64,000 nucleotides of DNA from Patescibacteria group bacterium. GTDB lineage: Bacteria > Patescibacteriota > Patescibacteriia > XYB2-FULL-38-15. The notes beneath the pieces were generated by a model. That model was not told the origin of the DNA. It did not search any database and was given only the letters and a program-made list of their open reading frames with translations. Both the position numbers and the translations under genes were made by a program. The stretch spans positions 191,061 to 255,060 of the forward strand of contig JBGSRW010000008.1 of NCBI GenBank assembly GCA_041737355.1, given 5' to 3'. Of this stretch, positions 59,042 through 64,000 are shown piece after piece; the first letter of the stretch is position 1; every line of letters begins with the position of its first letter.

Positions 59042-60826
59042 CTATTTTCTTTTTTCAATTTCCTTTTTTAATTTTTCAATAAATTTCTTCAAGGTCATGG
59101 ACACCGTTTTCTGTTTACCGCGGATTCTGACGTTCAAGTTTTTCCCGCCCATTTCCTTGTCCCCTATTACAAGTATGTAAGGAGTTTTGTTCTTCTCCGC
59201 TTTTCTTATTTTATATCCGACGGTTTCGTTGAAATCGTCGACATGAACCCGCAAGCCTTCTTCCTTTAAAATTTTAGCCAGCTTGAAGGACGGCTTAACG
59301 TGCCGCTTACCGACGGGTATAACATCGACCTGGACCGGGGCGAGCCAAGCTGGAAACGCTCCGGCGTAATGTTCAATCAAAAATCCGATTAATCTTTCGT
59401 GGGTTGAAAGAGGCGCCCGGTGAATGCAAATCGGGGTTTTATCTTTATTGTCAGCATCTTTGTATTTTAGTCCGAATCTTTCCGGCACAGCGAAGTCGAC
59501 CTGGTTAGTTGCCAAGGTAAATTCCCGGCCGATGGCACTCCAGATTTGCACATCAATTTTAGGGCCATAAAAAGCGGCTTCGTCGGCAACTTCTACAAAT
59601 GGAATTTTTCCCTTTTTCATCGCCCCGCGGACCATATTTTCCGTCTTTTCCCACAACTCGGGATTGTTAATATATTTCTTTCCCAATCCTTCTTTGCTAT
59701 GGAGAGAAAGACGCATGACATATTTCTTGATGCCAAAAATCTTAAAATACTTTACGTATAATTTTATAACTCCCATAAACTCATCTGCAAACTGCTCTTC
59801 GGTGCAATAAATATGGGCGTCGTTCATTGAAAGCATCCTGACGCGCATCAAGCCAAAAAGTTCTCCGCTCTTCTCGTATCGGTAGCAGGTTCCATATTCC
59901 GCGAGGCGTAAGGGGAGATCGCGGTAGCTCTTCGGATCGGCCGCATAAATCTGATGATGATGCGGGCAATTCATTGCTTTAAGGTAATAAGTTGATTTTT
60001 GTCCACCCTCTTCGGTCATCACCATCGGGGGAAACATGCTTTCTTTATAATAAGGAAGGTGCCCAGAAGTAAGATACATCTCTTCTTTCGCCAAGTGTGG
60101 CGTCCGGACTTGCACATAGCCGGCCTCGGTCTCAGCTTCATGGGCCAATTTTTCAAGCTGCTCAATGATTACCGCGCCATTCGGCAACCAAAGCGGCAAT
60201 CCAGGACCGACCAGATCGCTAAAAGCAAAAATTTTCAGATCCTTTCCGATTTTCCGATGGTCTCTTTTTTCCGCTTCCTCGCGCATTTTTAAATATTCAT
60301 CCAGCTCTGATTGCTTCAGGAAAGCTACACCATAAACGCGCTGAAGCATCGGGCGTTTCTCGTCGCCGCGCCAATAGGCTCCCGCAACGGAAGTCAATTT
60401 AAAAATACCCAGTTCCTTCGTCGAGGAAACGTGAGGCCCCCGACAAAGATCTGTAAATTTTCCCGTTTTATAAATCGTGACAACCTCTCCCATTTTTTCC
60501 ATATCCCCGCCCTCTCCTTTTGTCCCCTCTCTCAATAATTCAAGTTTATAATCCTGCTTGTATTGCTCAAACATTTTTATTGCTTCGTCCTTCGAAATTT
60601 CCATTTTTTCAAATGGCAGATTCTTTTCCGCGATCGCCTTCATCTTGGCCTCAATTTTTGGCAAATCGGTTGCGATTAACGGTTTATCAAGTTCAAAATC
60701 GTAATAAAAACCGTTTTCAACGGCCGGCCCCACTCCGAATTTAGCCCGGGGAAACATTTCCAAAATAGCCGCCGCTAAAAGATGCGCCGTTCCGTGCCTA
60801 ATAATTTCTAATTTTTCTTTATCCAT
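59042..60826 (-). CDS. thrS: Threonyl-tRNA synthetase (no N-terminal TGS domain)
   Basis: RH..AHLLA, DLCRGPH, DHRKIG, MNCPHH, YRYEKSG, AAFYGPKID. Confidence 0.96.
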   Translation of the reverse strand: MDKEKLEIIRHGTAHLLAAAILEMFPRAKFGVGPAVENGFYYDFELDKPLIATDLPKIEAKMKAIAEKNLPFEKMEISKDEAIKMFEQYKQDYKLELLREGTKGEGGDMEKMGEVVTIYKTGKFTDLCRGPHVSSTKELGIFKLTSVAGAYWRGDEKRPMLQRVYGVAFLKQSELDEYLKMREEAEKRDHRKIGKDLKIFAFSDLVGPGLPLWLPNGAVIIEQLEKLAHEAETEAGYVQVRTPHLAKEEMYLTSGHLPYYKESMFPPMVMTEEGGQKSTYYLKAMNCPHHHQIYAADPKSYRDLPLRLAEYGTCYRYEKSGELFGLMRVRMLSMNDAHIYCTEEQFADEFMGVIKLYVKYFKIFGIKKYVMRLSLHSKEGLGKKYINNPELWEKTENMVRGAMKKGKIPFVEVADEAAFYGPKIDVQIWSAIGREFTLATNQVDFAVPERFGLKYKDADNKDKTPICIHRAPLSTHERLIGFLIEHYAGAFPAWLAPVQVDVIPVGKRHVKPSFKLAKILKEEGLRVHVDDFNETVGYKIRKAEKNKTPYILVIGDKEMGGKNLNVRIRGKQKTVSMTLKKFIEKLKKEIEKRK

Positions 60827-60840
60827 ATAAAACAAATCGC

Positions 60841-60903
60841 GGGCGGAGGGAATAAAATTTTCAAAATCATTTTTTCAATAAGAAAATTTTATATCCTCCG
60901 CCC
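60841..60903. promoter_or_regulatory. Long hairpin immediately upstream of thrS
   Basis: GGGCGGAGG..ATAAAATTTTC / GAAAATTTTAT..CCTCCGCCC. Confidence 0.55.
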
Positions 60904-60919
60904 CCTTAAAATTTACTAT

Positions 60920-62101
60920 TTATTTTTTAATTATTACCGTAACGTTATTTTTCAGTTGCGGAACTTTTTTAACCCAGAACGGAGAAAATTTTATAGTTAT
61001 TCTTTCTATTTCCGGATAAGTGGAAAGGTACTGGATAATCTGTTCCCTGTCGAGGCCAATAAATTTTTCCGTATCGAAAATCGAATTATTGGTTTTGAGG
61101 GACATCTCTCCTTCGAGGTGAACCATAATATTCGCTTCATTGGTAGCCAGATCGTATTTTTCAACTACGAAAGTAAGGGCGTTGTAATCGACATCCGCCA
61201 ATTCCTTACCGGTCGGAACTTTCGCCTGTATTTGACTCGCGGCCAGACCTTCCAGATCCCGCCTGTAAAAAGCTATTCCTACCACTTTTAATTTCATGAT
61301 GACGGTAAAAGTATCCCCTTCCTCCCCCGCTCCGAGACTGCTGCGCTTTTCATTTATCTCCTTAATCATAACTTTGCCAAAAACTTCGCCTGCAGCTTTC
61401 ATTTCTTTTTTCAGACCGTCTATAACTTGGGCTGAAAGAGCTTGAGTCAAATCGTTATACGCGTTATCCAGATCGGCTTCGGTAACAAACTTAACTTCCT
61501 TGCTCCCTCCGCTCATCGAAACCGAACTTTGGGCATAAATTTTATCCTGGAGACCGGACCATAGGCCGGGGATTGTGAAACTTGTCGGCCCGAGTTTCAT
61601 TGCTTCCTCGCTGGGTTGGTCGGCATAGACCTCTCCTTCAACCCTTCCTCCTGCCGGCACGGTAACCGATTTTTTCAAACGGTAAAGAATCCCTTCTTTG
61701 GAAAGAAAACGGGTTGTGGCAACCAACGGCTGATCCTTGCTGTAATTATTTATGATTGTAATTTTTCCCCCAACCTGGCTCTCAATCGTCTTTTTCCCGC
61801 TCGCCGGATATTCCTTGCTCCCGGAAACGGTTGTCTCGACTAACTGGCCGTCGATTGAAACAGAGCCGGGGGTTCTTACCGCCGGGATGCCGGCCTCGCC
61901 CCCCGTCTTTTTGAGATCAGCAATAAAATCGACGCTAACCGGTTCTTTCGCCAGGGAAATTGTTATTTCCGCCTTGCTTAAAACAAAATAAACCGCCAGT
62001 ACGACCAAAACTCCCGTCAGGGCTATAAATCCAAAAGCTATTTTTCTGTAAAATTTCACCGGCGCCTCCGATTTTGGCGGAGTCTTCGTTTTAGTTACCA
62101 T
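60920..62101 (-). CDS. Membrane-anchored protein with baseplate-J-like domain (common CPR family)
   Basis: N-terminal TM; GKITIINN...QPLVATTRF...VTVPA...VYAD...FTIPGL. Confidence 0.6.
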   Translation of the reverse strand: MVTKTKTPPKSEAPVKFYRKIAFGFIALTGVLVVLAVYFVLSKAEITISLAKEPVSVDFIADLKKTGGEAGIPAVRTPGSVSIDGQLVETTVSGSKEYPASGKKTIESQVGGKITIINNYSKDQPLVATTRFLSKEGILYRLKKSVTVPAGGRVEGEVYADQPSEEAMKLGPTSFTIPGLWSGLQDKIYAQSSVSMSGGSKEVKFVTEADLDNAYNDLTQALSAQVIDGLKKEMKAAGEVFGKVMIKEINEKRSSLGAGEEGDTFTVIMKLKVVGIAFYRRDLEGLAASQIQAKVPTGKELADVDYNALTFVVEKYDLATNEANIMVHLEGEMSLKTNNSIFDTEKFIGLDREQIIQYLSTYPEIERITIKFSPFWVKKVPQLKNNVTVIIKK

Positions 62102-62133
62102 ACTTCCTCCTTAAAATTATTATCTTATGATGA

Positions 62134-63615
62134 TTAAATGTCGTTGATATTCTCGTCCCTTTTCTTAAGCCATTTCCTCGTTCCCCAAATAATAGTCAAA
62201 CCGACCAACGCGCCGATAGGAAAAGAGAAAAACGGATTTTGCGCGCTTAAAAAACTGACGCGGACGGTCGTTGCGTATTTTTTAGTATAGCCATTTTCGT
62301 TTTTCGCCTCCATGGTTACGATGTAGCTGCCCGATCTGCCGTAAGAATGCTTTACCTGGTTGCCGCTGACTTTCGTACCGTCACCCAAAGTCCACGTATA
62401 GTTCAATTGGCTGACCGCCGAACCGCCGTTAACTTTAAAAATAAAAGTATTCCAGCTTATCTTGGCCGACTCAACAAAAATATTTTTAAAAGCATCATCC
62501 CCCGACAGATCTCCGTTTCCGGGTTCCTCTTCAAAAATTCCTTCGCTCCCCCCGGATGTCCCGGTGTCAGCCCCGTCTGATGCAACAACATCTTGGCCGT
62601 TTACCGCATCGCAAACATCGCCCTTCCCGTTTTTATCATTATCGGCCTGGTCTGAATTGGCTACCAGGGGGCAATTATCCTTTCCGTCAAGAACGCCATC
62701 GTTATCGGTATCCGCGTCGAGAGGATCAGTACCGATATCGCCCTCGTTGGTATCCGAAGAAGAATCATTGTCGTCATCCGTATCGCAGGCGTCGCCCTTG
62801 CCGTCCCGGTCGGTATCGGTCTGGGAAGCGTTCGCTATTGAACGACAATTGTCACGGCTGTCGGGAACTCCGTCTCCGTCGCTGTCAGATGAAGGAGGCG
62901 GGCTGCTGTTGTCAACCGTATCGCAGGCGTCGCCCTTGCCGTCCCGGTCGGTATCGGTCTGGCTTGGATTAGAAATTAGAGGACAGTTATCCTGACCATC
63001 CTTTATGCCATCATCATCGGTATCGGGATCAACCGGATTGGTTCCTATTGTGCCTTCATCGGTATCCGGCAACCCGTCGTTATCATCGTCGGAATCGCAG
63101 ACATTACCGACACCGTCGCCATCCGTGTCGGCCTGATCCGGGTTGGACGCGTTGGGACAATTATCATTTTTATCGATTATCCCGTCACCGTCACCGTCTT
63201 TTTCCGGATAAAAAAACCCTGTCAGCGCCGAATCATTTGCCGAATTATCGTCCCTCGGCTGCTGACCGAGAATATCAACTCTAATATTGAAACTCCCCTC
63301 GGGGACAACCCAGTCAACAAAAACTTCGTCGCTCAAACCGCCCGCCCTGACAGAAATAATCTGAGATGTTCCGATCAAAGTCGGACCGGCAAAAAATTGC
63401 GCTGAGCCAAGAACGTCTTTTGTTCCATAGTTTCTGATGGCCGCGTAAAGTCTTACAGGCTGACCGACGATCAGGGGTGATCCGGCGAAAAAAATATCAC
63501 CGGAACTTATTCCCAAATCATAAGTCAGCGTTTGGGCGCCGGCAGCTTGTCCACAAACCGCCAAAACTAAAATCAAGGTACCGGAAAAAATGACTTTTGT
63601 TGAGAATTTTCCCAT
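62134..63615 (-). CDS. Surface protein with thrombospondin type-3 repeats, PKD domain and C-terminal TM anchor
   Basis: Signal peptide; DxDxDGxxDxxDNCP...NxxQxDxDxDGxGDxCD repeats; YTWTLGDGT...HSY..SGSY; C-terminal TM. Confidence 0.88.
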   Translation of the reverse strand: MGKFSTKVIFSGTLILVLAVCGQAAGAQTLTYDLGISSGDIFFAGSPLIVGQPVRLYAAIRNYGTKDVLGSAQFFAGPTLIGTSQIISVRAGGLSDEVFVDWVVPEGSFNIRVDILGQQPRDDNSANDSALTGFFYPEKDGDGDGIIDKNDNCPNASNPDQADTDGDGVGNVCDSDDDNDGLPDTDEGTIGTNPVDPDTDDDGIKDGQDNCPLISNPSQTDTDRDGKGDACDTVDNSSPPPSSDSDGDGVPDSRDNCRSIANASQTDTDRDGKGDACDTDDDNDSSSDTNEGDIGTDPLDADTDNDGVLDGKDNCPLVANSDQADNDKNGKGDVCDAVNGQDVVASDGADTGTSGGSEGIFEEEPGNGDLSGDDAFKNIFVESAKISWNTFIFKVNGGSAVSQLNYTWTLGDGTKVSGNQVKHSYGRSGSYIVTMEAKNENGYTKKYATTVRVSFLSAQNPFFSFPIGALVGLTIIWGTRKWLKKRDENINDI

Positions 63616-63735
63616 ATTTTTGAGGAATTTTAATAAATTCCTCTCTTATTTTATTAAAACATTACACTTAAATTATAAAAGAAAACGGATTTTTTAGCAA
63701 ATCCGCTTTGTCCACAAAAATTATTTATATACAAA

Positions 63736-64000
63736 TTATTGCATTTCAACATTTCCTTCGCCGACAATCTGCTCGAGATCCTTTTTGCAGCTTTCATCGG
63801 CAACGACCGAGTAATTGGTTTCTATCTTTTTACGGCCGTTGACGCTCAAAACCGAAAGCAGAACCCTCCTGTCCCCCTTATGCTGAAAAAAAATTTCCTT
63901 TAAGCGCTGGACCTTGTCCGGGGCCAAAGAATTAAGGCGTACGCATACTGCGTTGCAGACTGGAACCCCCGCTCCGCCTGCTACATCCCCCGTTCTTCCC
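63736..64000 (-). CDS. dnaE: C-terminal end of a protein, probably DNA polymerase III alpha (partial)
   Basis: LKEIFFQHKGDRRVLL...V...LEQIVGEGNV resembles the DnaE C-terminus; truncated by window edge. Confidence 0.5.
   Translation of the reverse strand, partial: GRTGDVAGGAGVPVCNAVCVRLNSLAPDKVQRLKEIFFQHKGDRRVLLSVLSVNGRKKIETNYSVVADESCKKDLEQIVGEGNVEMQ

Noticed and set aside
60836-60919. T-box riboswitch upstream of thrS
   Set aside because: Region too short, with no T-box consensus (UGGNACC) on the coding strand
60920-62101. Baseplate-J-like domain as evidence of prophage or contractile system
   Set aside because: Solitary membrane-anchored gene with no phage structural neighbours; resembles a common chromosomal CPR family

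Overview
Bacterial chromosome segment. Gene content and style point to Patescibacteria (CPR/Parcubacteria-like): double-domain ThyX, short EF-Ts, tandem gpmI, DUF3048, scattered gyrB/gatB, and AT-rich SD-less gene starts, with TGA used as stop. The backbone holds an ECF sigma/FecR-type pair, envelope and repair genes, and glycolysis (gap, pgk, two gpmI) interleaved with a group 3b-like [NiFe]-hydrogenase cluster. That cluster has a minimal maturation set: Zn-finger-less HypA, HypC and a DUF6390-like protein, with no HypB/D/E/F in the window, and a presenilin-like GxGD protease sits in the same operon. Also present are translation genes (rpsB, tsf, rpmE, prfA, prmC, rplY, secE-nusG-rplK-rplA, gatB, miaA/miaB, thrS), gyrB and a dTTP cluster. 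About ten GC-rich single-gene units, most with their own TTGAC promoter, strong SD and terminator, are scattered among these genes. Two of them (24879-25487, 42762-43397) are paralogous genes resembling diversity-generating-retroelement targets. They share a 17-nt leader hairpin and a 10-nt downstream motif, but no reverse transcriptase or template repeat is in the window. No rRNA, tRNA, CRISPR array or intact IS was recognised. All assignments are from motif recognition by eye, not database searches.
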